Source of the DNA: Felis catus
Lineage: Eukaryota
Assembly (NCBI RefSeq): GCF_018350175.1
Contig: NC_058368.1
Coordinates: forward strand, 105,836,001 to 105,900,000
Reading direction: 5' to 3'
Length of the DNA: 64,000 nucleotides
Shown: positions 41,000 through 53,720 of the stretch, in pieces
How positions within the stretch are numbered: position 1 is the first letter of the stretch
Layout of the letters: every line of letters begins with the position of its first letter
Position numbers and translations under genes: made by a program
The notes under the pieces: generated by a model
The model's input: only the letters and a program-made list of their open reading frames with translations
Databases searched by the model: none
Told to the model about the DNA's origin: nothing

Positions 41000-41860
41000 A
41001 AATAAAAATTACCCTCCTATATATTCTCGCTTATGGTTAAAAAAGTAGAAAGAAATAAAATCTCAACAGCTCTAAGGAAAAAACTATAGATATTTATAAG
41101 ATTTGGGAGTACTGAAAGACTTTCTAAACACAGTATCAAAGGAGTAAGTCATTAAAAAAAAGACTTTTTAGAGGGAAATAAACAGAATATATCAAAAGTT
41201 TTACATTTTCACATACTCAACAACTCAGCAGTTGCATTTGTATGCTAAATCCTAAGAATAAAATCCAGGGCATATATTTACCTGCATAGATTCTTATCAC
41301 GTAATTGCTAAAATACAAACAAGCCAACAAAAAAAGGAAAACCTGGAAGTGACCCTAAATGTCAGCCAATCGAGAAATAGAAGGCAGTCAGCTCTATCAC
41401 AGGAATTGAGTTTAAGGTCTTAAATTAGATTGTGTGATATTCTCCTGTCCTCATACTCCCCACTGCTACTCTAAGTTTGACCTGGGCAAAGTTCCCTCAT
41501 CTGTGACATCAAGAAAGTAACGTTACAAACATGGCATGATTGTACAGAATGTAATGAGCAGCCCTCATTGATACGATATGCAAGGAAACTATATAGGTCT
41601 ACAAAGTAATGTATTTCATAACAGCAATGAGAAGCAGGATACAAGTAGATTTCATGTTACAGAACAGTGGATTCCAGTAAGAATGGAAAGATCCCATGCT
41701 TCGTAAACATTATATGTGTAGTAGAAAAAAAGATTCAAAGCATATCCTCCAAAATGTTGTAAAATGATTCATTCTGACTGGAGGAATTATAAATACTTGC
41801 ATATTTTTGTTTATTTTCTAAATTGCTTTGTAATAAATGTGTTTTTCTTTTAGATAACAA
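41000..41860 (+). mobile_element. Very old L1 3' remnant with MIR fragment (about 41400-41560)
   Basis: aaagactttctaaac, aaacctggaagtgaccctaaatgtca; MIR-like tgacctgggcaaagttccctcatctgtga. Confidence 0.5.
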
Positions 41861-42555
41861 AATTACAATGGAAGGAATGTTTTCTAAAAACTATCGCTTA
41901 TACTTTTCTTGGAAGTATCAAATCCACTGTGTATAGAATTTCGCCTAATATGCCAGATTCTTCTCACACCACGCTTCCTTATATTCCTGGTCACACTAAT
42001 TTGCTGTTACTTCATGGGCTGAACCAACCCACTGCACATACTTTATTATAAATTCCAATTTATTAATGTTGATTCATACATGCATCAATTATTTCTGAAC
42101 AAACTCAGGTCTGGTCTACCCAACTTCTACAACTCAGGAAAACCCTAGCTTTGCCTGCCCCTGTTCTTATTCTTGGGAGACATGGTCTGAGTAGGCTATA
42201 TAGCTGAGTAGGCTATATAGTAGGGTATATATTACTACCCAAAATGTGGGTGGATGAACAAAAATACATAGAATAACTCAATAGCTTATAATTAGATTTC
42301 AAGTTTCATTATGCAACTTAAAGATGGTGGCTGCCTCTTTCTAGAGGAGTCACCATGACCATATTTCCACTGAATTAGACAATAAGGGATGGGCTATCTG
42401 TCTGCTAAATGTTCAGTTTAGGCAGGACCATAATCATACAAAGGATGAATAAGCAGGGTTCCAACAATGAAATCCTGCCTCACAACAGGGTGAGTGAGAG
42501 CCCTGTGACCAGGGGTATTCAAGCAGAGGGTAAGTAACTCCTCTACATGCTTTTA

Positions 42556-42788
42556 TTTATTTATTTTTTTTAATTTTTTTTTTCAACGTTTATTTATTTT
42601 TGGGACAGAGAGAGACAGAGCATGAACGGGGGAGGGGCAGAGAGAGAGAGGGAGACACAGAATCGGAAACAGGCTCCAGGCTCCGAGCCATCAGCCCAGA
42701 GCCCGACGCGGGGCTCGAACTCACGGACCGCGAGATCGTGACCTGGCTGAAGTCGGACGCTTAACCGACTGCGCCACCCAGGCGCCCC
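42556..42788 (-). mobile_element. Young feline CAN-SINE
   Basis: 15-bp TSD ctctacatgctttta at 42541-42555 and 42789-42803; CpGs intact. Confidence 0.97.
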
Positions 42789-44309
42789 CTCTACATGCTT
42801 TTAGATACTGAGATCATGTATTAGGTCCTACAACTGGATGATTTTATGAAAGTTATCCTAAAGTGAAATCCATCCATATTTCACTTTGCACAAAGGCTTC
42901 AAAGTTTACATTTTATAAACTTTAACATTTGCAACTTGATCTCACCTTTCTAAAAAGGAGTTTCAGATTCACAAGTGAATTTTTTCTTAAAAACATCAAT
43001 ATATTAAAAAGTAAATCCCCAATCCTTTTTGAAGGAGGATTTACTGAAAAGTGTACATTTTAGAGGAAATGTCAGTAAATATAAGAATATTTGAAGTTTC
43101 ACCAAATGTATCTACTTTTTAAAGAAAGTCATGTTTACGTGACAAAAAAAAAGTGTGTTGTAGTAATTTATGGATAATTTAGAAGAGTCTATAATATACT
43201 TCTAACAGATGTTCCTTTTATAAGCCTTAAGGAAAATCCAAGATGTCAGCAATCATTTAAGTCAAAGAAAGTGAAACAGGGACTTTGGGCTGGCTGCATT
43301 TGTAATCAAGTAATCACCATATCTTGTCCAGAAATCCCTTAGGTAAGTTCATTTCTTGCCTGCCTGCCCCCTTCAAGTTTCTACTGATAAATAAGAAGGT
43401 ACATTATAAATGTTAGGGGGAAAAAAAGCACCAGGTCTTGATATATGATGCTAATTCCATTTCTGTGTATTCTCAGGTATACATAAAGTGCAATATTTAT
43501 CTTTTTTCAAATGCCATCCGTTTGAAGAGACAAGCCAAAAAGAATGGAGTCCCTTCATGTGCCTTGGACACAGCTGGGTTGTCTGCCTTCTACAATCAGC
43601 AGTGGCCCTAAGAACTCTTTAATGCTAAATATAAAAATGATCATTGTCCATATCAGCAAGAGGGAGAAAAGAACTCCAAAGAGGTTCCACTAACCCACCA
43701 CAACGACTCAAGTTAAATGCCATAATCATGCCAGCCACTCAGTTACCACTCAGTCTCTGTCTCCAGTCCAGAAACCAGTCTGCCAGAAGCCCAGATAGCT
43801 GGAAAAGCAGCCGTGTTTTATCATACAACTGATTCCCAGATGTCAATTTAAAGGAAAATTATATGCATCCTACATTAAGGAGGAAAAAGATCCCTCATTT
43901 TATAAAAGTCTTTTTTTTTCTTTTAAGAGAACAAAGAACATATATTTTGAAACTCCGTAATTGAAAAAGACAATACAAACTACAAATGTTTACAGGGCAC
44001 TTGCCCCTATTCACTAAGCTCAACATAAATAAATTATTCCTTTTGTATTTGTGTAGACAATGCTTCCTAAGAAAAATCATGAACTCTACTTTTAGTGAGA
44101 TTAGCTATTACACATTTAAATATTCCAGAAAATATCTTCTAAAAGCACGTAAATTCATATTTGCAACACAAGAACGGAAATTGCTAAGTTTTTTTTTTTA
44201 AAAGGAATGAAGTTTTAGAATTTCACCCAAAGGGTAGTAACTAAAAAGATTTTTAAGAAACAAACCCATGTTTTTAAACATTAAAAAAATTAAAAGAAGG
44301 AAAAAAGTT

Positions 44310-44488
44310 GGGGGCACCTGGGTGGCTCAGTCAGTTGAGCATCTGACTTTGGTTCAGGTCATGATCTCACAATTTGTGGGTTCGAGCCCTGCGTCGGGTT
44401 CTGGGCTGACAGCTCAGAGCCTGAAGCCTTCTTCAGATCCTGTGTCTCCCTCTCTCTGTCCCTCCCCCGCTTGCATGCACACAAGCAC

Positions 44489-44533
<45 letters not shown>

Positions 44534-44553
44534 AATAAACGTTAAAAAAAATT
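44310..44553 (+). mobile_element. CAN-SINE with long (CT)n
   Basis: ggggcacctgggtggctcagtcagttgagc head, (CT)n, aaaataaacgttaaaaaaaa tail. Confidence 0.95.
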
Positions 44554-46017
44554 TTAAGAAACAAATTCATGTTTTAAAAAGTATCCTTTAGGTCCATTCA
44601 TTAACTAATTAATTTTGTAATTTCTTCTGAAAACATGCTACTGTACATGTGAAATATATGCAAGTCTTTATTGGATTCCCATAAATTTAGTAAGGACTAA
44701 CAAATCTAATGAATGAATAACTGTTGAGAATAATGATGTAATGCCTGGAAGCCTCTGACTTGAAACTGCCCAATTCCTTCGCCAATTAGGAACTGAACTT
44801 GAAATCTGCCTAGGATGAAAGAACTGCCAAAGTTGCATGACTTCCAGAAAAATGAACATCATTCCACCAATTATAATTATGTTTGAAAATTTAAACTGAA
44901 CTATTACCCATGCTATAGTATTTAAATAAACTTAACATTATGTAGGAAATTTGTATCATTCCATTCTCAACAACTTACCTTTTTATGCTAACATTTCACA
45001 ATTAATTCTTTTTCCCAAAATAAAAGCATATGGGAAAGACGTTTAAATTTATCCTAAGTATATCTATAAACTCTGTCATTTGTGGAATGTACTTCAGTCC
45101 CAAGAAATCTCAATTACTTCAAGAATAATATAAATATGGCAATATGTACACACATACCAGTGTATGCTAAATGGCTGCATATATCTTACTTTTCAAACTT
45201 CGCTGTAGGAATCGTTTCTCAGTTTCTTCTCAAGATTTAATCCAAATACTATGATACAGTTTTCGTCAGGGTAATGAGTATACATTTCTAAATATAAGGC
45301 TTATTTGCAGTTTAAAGTCTCTCTCTATATATAAATGGTCAACCACTATTTATCTGTAATACTTCAATGACATAGCTTCAGATACTCTAGCGTTCTGCAA
45401 CAAAGAAAGTGCTCTACAAGTTGGGATGCTATGACAATGCCTGGGGAAACAGAGGATGTATGTCATTATGAGTGATTATGCAATACTGCTTTCAGTTTAA
45501 GCTTATTTTTACTCATATAGTTCAGTGTTAGTTATTTATCACATTTTATAAGATTAAACATCTTTGACATGCCACTCGCACCCATTTGCTACCAAGAGGC
45601 CATTTAATAGTTCATTTAGGGCATCGGCCCTGGAGATTTTCAGCAGTCTATAGGTCATGAGTTTAAGTGCTATTCATATTATGGTAAACTGGTTTCACAT
45701 GGGCTTGTCTGACCGTTCACATGATAAAGCAGACAATGCTGGATGCCTACTGACCAGTCATTCCTCCACTCCTTTTCTCCTGCCCAACAGAACTTCCACT
45801 GGCCTCCCAAACGGAGGTCACTCTGATGGAGAAAACTGACATTCTTCAGCTGTTGTTAGTTATGTCTCATAATCTTACATCTCAAGTTCTAGACATAGTC
45901 AATGACGAATAAAAGTATTATTTCCTTAGAAAAATTCTCATTGGATAACAAAAAATTACATGTTGTTACAGCAAAAGAGGCTCCTCCAAAAGGAGGTTCT
46001 CACTTCCCTTTTCTTAC

Positions 46018-46113
46018 CTCTTTCACACTGCGGACCAGTGAATCCATAAACACAAGCACAGCGGTTGGGTCCAATGCAGCGTCCACCATTCTGACATCCG
46101 TTTTCACAGACGG
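46018..46113 (-). CDS. FBN2: Fibrillin-2 coding exon 5 (96 nt), EGF-like module 3
   Basis: gtgtgcag|CCGTCTGT...AGAG|gtaaga. Encodes (P)[31 protein letters not shown](D). The ORF track shows this region only in a different frame. Confidence 0.97.
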
Positions 46114-46163
46114 CTGCACACAAAACACAGCAAGAAGCTCATTAAACAGTAAATCTCCAAGTA

Positions 46164-46499
46164 CAGTTGACCTCTGAAGAGCACAGGCCTGAGCTGCACT
46201 GGTCCACTCCGATGCAAAGATTTTTCGATAAATACGGTACAGGACTGTAAATGTATTTTCTCTTCCTTGGGATTTCCTTAATAACATTTTCTTTCCTATA
46301 GCATACTTTAAGAATATAGCATATAATACATGTAACATACAAAATATGTGCTAATCGAATGTTTACGTGATCAGTAAGGCTTCCCATTAACTATTAGCAG
46401 TTAGGTTTCTGGGAATTCAAAAGTTACATACTTAGACTTTCAACTGCAGGGGGGGTTGACATCCCCCACCCAAGATCCATGTTGTTCAAGGGTCATCTG
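46164..46499 (+). mobile_element. Tigger2a-type DNA transposon
   Basis: ta|cagttgacctctgaa ... tgttgttcaagggtcatctg|ta; TA target duplication and TIRs. Confidence 0.9.
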
Positions 46500-48493
46500 T
46501 ATAATATTTGGTGGAGATTAAACCTATAATGGATCTCACCTCTCAAACAAGCTACAGCTCACATCACCCATTTAAGTAAATATATATGACGTATATTGAG
46601 ACAAAAGCCTACACAATCAATTTAAGTCACACTGTTAGGCACAGGTTCGGTAAAAGTTTTTCTGTTTTTTGTTTTTTTTTTAATCAGAATCACAAAAATT
46701 AGCTGGCTCAAATGTTCATACTATCAGAGTATGACTATATCATCGTCTATTTTAGTTCTATTAGCCCCATAATCGAACATAACAGGTAAGGAGGTGATTA
46801 AAATATGGGGAAATGCAGGAAAAAGGGGGCAGACAACAGGTAGCAGAAAGAGAGAGAGAAAAGGGGGAGGCATGTGACATGGAAAAATAAAGAGGATATG
46901 GCAACACAGAGAAGGAAAAATCAGAAAAGAAAAAAAGCCCCTCCTAAAAAGACAGGGTGGGGGTAGTCAATAAGAAAAGGGCAAATGTAACATGAAAAGT
47001 GAGAGGGAAATACCATCAATTCAGGAATGAAACACCAAAAGAAATAATGAATCTGGAATCTGTAGACAGCACGTAGAGGATATAAAAGCTAAGAAGGGAA
47101 AACCTCTCTGTGTCAATATAATAAATATTTTTATTAAAAAATTAACCCACGGTCCAAAATTTTTATGACACACACAGGCAGCCTGCACTCTTTCACTCCT
47201 TTCCACTTGGGACCAGGGAAACCAGGATTCAATTCAGCCTCTGTGGGCCCCAGGGAGCCAGAACTGACCCTGAGCCACTCCCCTCCCCCACTGCACCACC
47301 CTCAGCAGCCAGGACCACAAAAAGGAAACCATTCTGCAGATTCCCTGAAAAACAAGTATCCCTACTAATTCTCCTGACAGCAGCTGAATCTAAGAATCAT
47401 GCCTTCTCCAAGAAAAAATACTAAGAGCTTGTCGGTCAACCCACCCACTTTGTTGAATATCAACAATGTCCTCATAGATGAAAAGGACTGCATTCTGTGA
47501 CTCATGCTCAAAAAACAGAACTTAAGACATTAAAGCAAAGTGAGGGGGCAAAGCACATCTATGTGCCCTTCAAATGAAGTACATATCAAAAAAGGGAAGC
47601 TCAATAAATAAACTGATATCTAAATATGCAATAACGTTGCTATTTCCTTACCGGGAACGTTCAGCTGGTTTACCTATTTTCATCCACACTACTCCAAGTG
47701 GCTTCTGTTCTGCTGACAGTACAAAACCAGAACATACTCTGAAACAAAAGATGTCTTCATCTTAAAGCACCACTGTGCTAATAGCTTTAAGATTCTTTGT
47801 CTACAGCAGGCTTTGCTCAAAGGCAGGAAGTAGTCTACGTCCATCGGCACAATTAGGCCTGTGTAAGAACTACACCTTTCGGCTTCTTCCCTTGTCCCAA
47901 GCGGAGTTCTGCATAGCACTTCCTACTCATTACTGTCTGGAAATATGGGTTAGGCAATCAATTAGGTGAAGAAATACGAAGGATAAAGGAAATAAAGGTC
48001 ATGAGAAGTATGAGAAAGATGGGGATGGACAGGAATGTGGAAGAAAACAAAAACCTATCCTAGAACGCTCAGTAGTGTTTAACTCCACAGAAACAACTGC
48101 CAGTGTTTGAAGATCTCCACTGCTACAAAGGTACACTGCAAAAAGGTGGCCCTTGTCTAATGTAATGAATTACGGTGTGAGAAAACTGCCTGAAACATCA
48201 GCAAGCTGTAAGAAACGAAAATGGAAACCACTTTTCCTGACATGTTCCCTCATGAGACACATGCTAGGCTTTAAGGTGACTGGGGAGAAAACATTCATGG
48301 GAGACACTCAGGATTTATCCCTGTGTTAAGTGAAGGAAGAGCTTCCCTCAGGGTTTTCCAAAAAAACACTTCCAAATCCCAGGTAGAAGAAGAAGGCTAG
48401 ATAATCCTGGACTTTCTCCTGGAAAGAACTCGTCCACTACAGATGAAACCTAGTGTAACCTGTTTAGGCTATACTCATAATGTCTGTCTTCTC

Positions 48494-48496
<3 letters not shown>

Positions 48497-48544
<48 letters not shown>
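48497..48544. repeat. (TG)n microsatellite
   Basis: Pure run of about 24 units. Confidence 0.97.
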
Positions 48545-48547
<3 letters not shown>

Positions 48548-49321
48548 GTTTGTGTTTCTCAGTGGGGAAAACATATTTATTGTTCCTAGAAAATTCAGGT
48601 CACCATACAATATGGTTCGTTATTGTAAATACTTTAATTTTTTTACAGATTTCTCTATTTTAATTTTTAACAGGGCAAAAATATCCGCAGATGTAACCTA
48701 CTTAAACAAAAGATCTTCGAGATCCTCAATAATTTTTTTTTTCTTAAATGTAAAGGGTTCCCATGAACAAAGAGGATGAGACCCACTCGTACAGCTACTG
48801 GCTGACATTTCCAGTTTTCGCATGAGAGTTAGCTCCTTCCACAACAGAGACCAGTTTGCTTGCCTTTGTATCCCCTTTATCTAATGTAGAAGTTGATGTA
48901 CCTCAGATACAAAAAAAAAATCCTGCAATACATGAAAGTTTTGCAGTCTTTTTTCCACTATTTTGGAAGGCAGAATGCCACAGTGAACAGATGAGCACAC
49001 CCTAATCAAATCATCTTTCTGATTCTGCGGAAAAAGTGAATTAATTGTGCCTAGCTTAGAGGGCCCCGCAAATTAAATAAAATAGTGTATAAAACAAAGT
49101 GCACAGTAGCTGCACATTGAGGGTGTTCTACAAACTTTAATTCTCCTTCTCTTTTATTCTACAGGGTATTTTATGAAAAATAAGACACGCTCTACAGAAT
49201 CCAAAGTTTACACTGAGGAACAACAGCAACAGAAGAGAAGCAGGCAGTGCATGTAAAAGTGGAACAAAAAAATAAACAAAAGAAGTTATTTTCCTTAAGA
49301 ATGAGTTAGGATAAAAATTAT

Positions 49322-49436
49322 TTCATTTTTTTAACTTTTATTCATTTAAGTCATCTCCACACCCAACATGGGGCTCAAACTCATGACCCCGAGATCAAGA
49401 GTTGCATGACCTTCTAACTGAGCCAGCCAGGTGCCC
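49322..49436 (-). mobile_element. Short old CAN-SINE (tRNA-like head plus tail, no CT body)
   Basis: ggggctcaaactcatgaccccgagatcaagagttgcatg..ctaactgagccagccaggtgccc. Confidence 0.8.
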
Positions 49437-49699
49437 TGAAAGTTATTTTATAAAGTAGTTTTTCTTGTGACAAAATATAATGGAAATGCAAATTTACACT
49501 TCAACTGGAGTTGGAAAGAAACGTGAATATGCCTAAATTTCCGCCATGGAAAGAATGCTGACCACCCAGGAAGAAAAACAATGCTTACACCTGCTGTGGG
49601 ATATACAGCAAAAGGCAGTGGAGAAAAATACATGCTACATACTATCCACAGCAACTTCCTAGGGATCTTTATCACGGCCTATAATTAACCTATTATCTA

Positions 49700-50550
49700 T
49701 ATAAAAATTCAGTCTTGTGCTCCCAAGTTCATATTTCCCTAAGCTCTCTCCTAAGATCTTAGCTCAAACATCTTTCCAATTGGAGGTGGAAGGGACTCCT
49801 TCAATTATCAAATGCAAAACAAAATCCTTGCTATTCCATATTTGCAGCCCCACCTAACCCACTCCCTGGCTATTTCCCATTTCAGAAAATGACACTACCA
49901 TTCACATTCTGGAGCTCCACCCAAACCTCCAGTTGTCATCAGAGGTCTTTGCTTTTTGTTTTTCTCCACCACCACCAACCACCACACTGCCCCCCCCCAC
50001 CCCCCCCCCGCCCACCGCATGCTCAGACCGTCAGCACACACTTCCTTCCACAGATTCTACTTCCAAATACAAGCTCAAGGCAAGCACTTATCACATCCTC
50101 AATTACACCAGCACTGAGCATGGGCACCACTACCCTGGCTGCTAACTGGCCTTTCATTTTCTCTCTCACTCTTTCTACAACCCAGTTCCAACACAATAGC
50201 CAGAATGATGCTTCTAAGTTAATCAGATCATATCATTCCACTGCTCAAACTGCCTCAATGACTCCAAATTTCTTTTCTTGGGGTATAAGGCCCTCTACCA
50301 CCATCTCAAAACTCACCTCCTACCCTTACCTCCTCTCCTCTCTTTAGCCACATGGGTCTTCTTTCATGGTCTCCAAAATACGCAAAGTCTGTTTGCACCA
50401 AACATCCTGTGAAACTGCTTCTCCTTCTGCCTGGAACCCTTTTCCCACTGACCTAAAATGGGACCTTTTGCTTACGGATCTACTCCCAACACCTTGCACA
50501 GCATGGAGCTCCCAGGAGTGACTCAATAAACACTGCTGAATGAAATGAAT
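49700..50550 (+). mobile_element. L2 3' portion
   Basis: agccagaatgatgcttctaa..tcagatcatatcattccactgctcaaa, tgcttctccttctgcctggaa; tail ctcaataaacactgctgaatgaaatgaatga. Confidence 0.75.
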
Positions 50551-50920
50551 GAGTGCTTTCTAAGGAAGACTGTCCACATTTCTGGGAAGGCAGCTAAGCA
50601 GTTTACATGTTTTTATAATCTTCATTTTAGCAAACATATTTCCAGGACTTTTCTGGATTCACAGGCTGAGAGTTTTTACACCTGCTTCCTTACTCTCAAT
50701 ACTGTAATTCTCTCTCTCTCTGTCAGACAACTTAGGAAGTGGCTTCCTTACACCATGTTTTGAGCTGATGTCACACCTTGCCACCTTCTTACTTGCTGTG
50801 AATGAATTTTTCTGGTTCCATGATTTGCCTGCATCATGTGTCCTATGAACCCTAAGTACTGTGCAAGGATAGTTTTGCCTCAAGAGATATTCAGAGAACA
50901 AATTTTCATATATGCTGTTC

Positions 50921-51159
50921 TTTTTTTTTAATTTTTTAATGTTTTTATTTTTTTTAATTTTTTTTAATATTTACTTCTTGAGAAAGAGACAGAGTGTGAG
51001 TGGGAGAGGGGCAGAGAGAGAGGGAGACACAGAATCCAAAGCAGGCTCCAGGCTCCGAGCTGTCAGCACAGAGTCCAACGCGGGGCTTGAACTCACGAAC
51101 TGTGAGATCATGACCTGAGCCAGTCGGACACTTAACCGACTGAGCCACCGAGGCGCCCC
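50921..51159 (-). mobile_element. CAN-SINE
   Basis: TSD tcatatatgctg on both sides. Confidence 0.95.
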
Positions 51160-51368
51160 TCATATATGCTGCTCTTCTGACCCAGTGCTTTTCCCTTTCC
51201 CCTAAATGAAAAATGTGGGGACATTGGTAGGATTTGGCACAGAGACAGAAGAACATAAAAGTGCCTCCTGTAGGAAGAGAAACTACTTTCCATCCCTTTG
51301 CTTTCAATTTCTGTGAAGAACAGGGAAAGGACACACTAACACACTCTTTCTGCAGAACCTTCAGGAAA

Positions 51369-51369
<1 letters not shown>

Positions 51370-51420
<51 letters not shown>
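51370..51420. repeat. (CA)n microsatellite
   Basis: Pure run of about 25 units. Confidence 0.97.
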
Positions 51421-51426
<6 letters not shown>

Positions 51427-52012
51427 CCAGACAGATGTATCAGCTAAATTCAGGCTGAAAGCAGCTAGTTTCATAATAGATCTGAGTAAATACTCTGAAA
51501 GAACAGTAGAGGCAGGCTCTTCCCCCCTATAATTGTAAAGCAATCATCATTCTCCCCTATAGACCAAAAGGCTGAGTTTGAAGGATAATTTTACTCCCTT
51601 ACTACTCAACTCTATAAAACAGGAATACAATCAGATCTCCTAACATTTCTGTATAGGTACGAAAAAGGTATAAATCAGCCTCCTTATAATATTATGTTCA
51701 TAAAAGGTTTCTTTTAGTGGTTATAAACTGGGGTCCATTGTATAAAATTTAGAAACTACCTAAATGTATGAAGAAAATGTAGAAAAAAAAATCATCCATG
51801 AAAAAAGAAACTTTGCTACGATTTCTGTTCCACTGTTGTCCAGCTATTTCCTGCTCCTGCCCAAAAAAGTTGCTAAACTGGCATCTCTTATTCCCACAAG
51901 TAAAGTGGCCTCAGTGCAGTGTATTCTCTCAAATTCCTTAATGCTCCACTTCCCAAACTTGTCAATCTCAGATTATCTTAACATCTGTAGCCATACCTGA
52001 AAGCCACCTACA

Positions 52013-52340
52013 AAAGGGATCTGTAAACTACAGCCCACAGGTCAGATCTGGCCCACAACCTGTTTTTGTACTGCCCATGAGTCAAGAAAGGTTTTAACAT
52101 TTTTCTATGGTTGAAGAATCAAAAGAACAGTAATATTTTTGTGACACATGGAAATGGTATAAAATTCAAATTTCTGTGTCCAAAAATAAAGCTTTGCTGA
52201 AACACAGCCAAATTCTTTCATTTACATATGGTTTATGGTCATTCTTTCACCGTAATAGAAGAGCTAAGTAGTTGTGAGAAAGACCACAAAGTTTAAAATA
52301 TTATCTGGCCTTTACCGAAAATGATGGCCGACTCCTGACC
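52013..52340. mobile_element. MER58B-like hAT-Charlie element
   Basis: aaactacagcccacaggtcagatctggccc..cctgtttttgta...tatctggcctttaccgaaaa..gccgactcctg. Confidence 0.85.
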
Positions 52341-52469
52341 TGAACAAAGTATTTTTCTTCAAGTTGATTCACCTACTTATATTAAATTATTTTAAAAGAA
52401 AACTTCATAGCATTTGTAAATAGAAAGCTGTATTACCCTAAATGGGAGGCAGACCTAAAAATAACTACA

Positions 52470-53410
52470 ATCACAAGAAGATACCACTTCACACCCAGTA
52501 GGATAACTATCTCACTCACACTCACACACGCAAACAAAAAGCCAAAGTGTTGGTGAGAAGGTGGAGAAATTAGAATCTTTGTACGCTGCTGGTGGGAAGG
52601 TAAAACAGTGCAGCCACTAACAAAACAGTAAGGCAGCTCTTCCAATCAAAAAGAGAATCAGCATATGAGCCACAAATTCTACTTCTAGGTATGCACTCAA
52701 AAGAACGGAGAGCAGGGACTCAAGGGGATGTTTGTGCACCTATAGCCACAACGGCCAAAAGACAGCAGAACCTCAAGTGTCCGTTCATGGACGAATAGAC
52801 AAAAACAAAAGATGGTCGATACATACAGTGGAATGTTCACCAGCCTTAAAGATGAAGGAAATTCTAACCCATGTTCTAACACGGAGGAAACTTGAACACG
52901 TTATGCTAAGCAAAATAAGCTCGTTACAAAAGGACAAGTACCGTGTGATTCCACTTACTTGAGGTATTGACAGTCAGTCAAATGTACATACACAGAAAGC
53001 ACAATGGTGGTTGCCAGGAGACAGGGTGAGGGAGAAATGGGGGGGGGGTCAGTGTTTAATGAGTACAGTTTTACTCGTGTACCTCAAAAACAAAGTTCTG
53101 AAGATGGATGGTGGTGATGATTACAAAACAGTTGTGAATGTACTCAATCCTACTCAACTGTACACTTAAAAATGGTTAAAACAGGGGCGCCTGGGTGGCT
53201 CAGTTGGTTAAGTGTCTTCATTTTGGCTCAGGTTATGATCTCAAGGTTCATGAGATCGCGCCCTATGTCGGGCTCTGTACTTGGGACAGCAGGGAGCCTG
53301 CTTGGAATTCTTTCTCTCTGCAACCCCACCTCCCCTCAAAAACAAATAAATAAACTTTTGAAAAAATGGATAAAATAGTAAATTTTATGCTTCATACATA
53401 GTGAAAACAA
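52470..53410 (+). mobile_element. L1MB-like 3' end (ORF2 C-terminus and 3' UTR) with a SINE in its tail
   Basis: gataccacttcacacccagtagga, ORF peptide LEHVMLSKISSLQKDKYRVIPL, and gatggatggtggtgatg..actgtacacttaaaaatggttaaaa. Confidence 0.88.
53184..53372 (+). mobile_element. CAN-SINE
   Basis: TSD aaaaatggttaaaa / aaaaatggataaaa. Confidence 0.9.
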
Positions 53411-53522
53411 CTTTTTAAATCTTTTGAAGCTCTAACAAAAGTAAAATAAGATTAGCTTAAGCAAGGTAGATACTCTTGCACTTCTACCGTTTCGTTTTTC
53501 TATATTGAAAGGATTGATGACA

Positions 53523-53669
53523 GGGGAGCATGAGTGGCTCAGTCAGTTAAGTGCCCAACTCTTGATATGGGCTCAGGTCATGATCCCAGGGTTCTGAGAT
53601 CGAGCCTTGTGCTTAAGATTCTCTCTCTCTCCCTTTGCTCCTCTCCCTCCTTGTGCATGCACTCTCTCT

Positions 53670-53717
<48 letters not shown>

Positions 53718-53720
53718 TAG
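53523..53720 (+). mobile_element. Older CAN-SINE with (GATA)n(GACA)n tail microsatellite (53670-53719)
   Basis: gtggctcagtcagttaagtgcccaactcttgat..ggctcaggtcatgatcccagggt; tetranucleotide run. Confidence 0.88.

Larger units (their letters stand above)
1..46017 (-). other. FBN2: FBN2 intron 5 (partial, >46 kb; exon 6 lies beyond the window start)
   Basis: I saw no further Cys-rich fibrillin exon (the expected DYRTGPCF... hybrid domain) between 46017 and 1. The region is repeat-dense. Confidence 0.85.
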
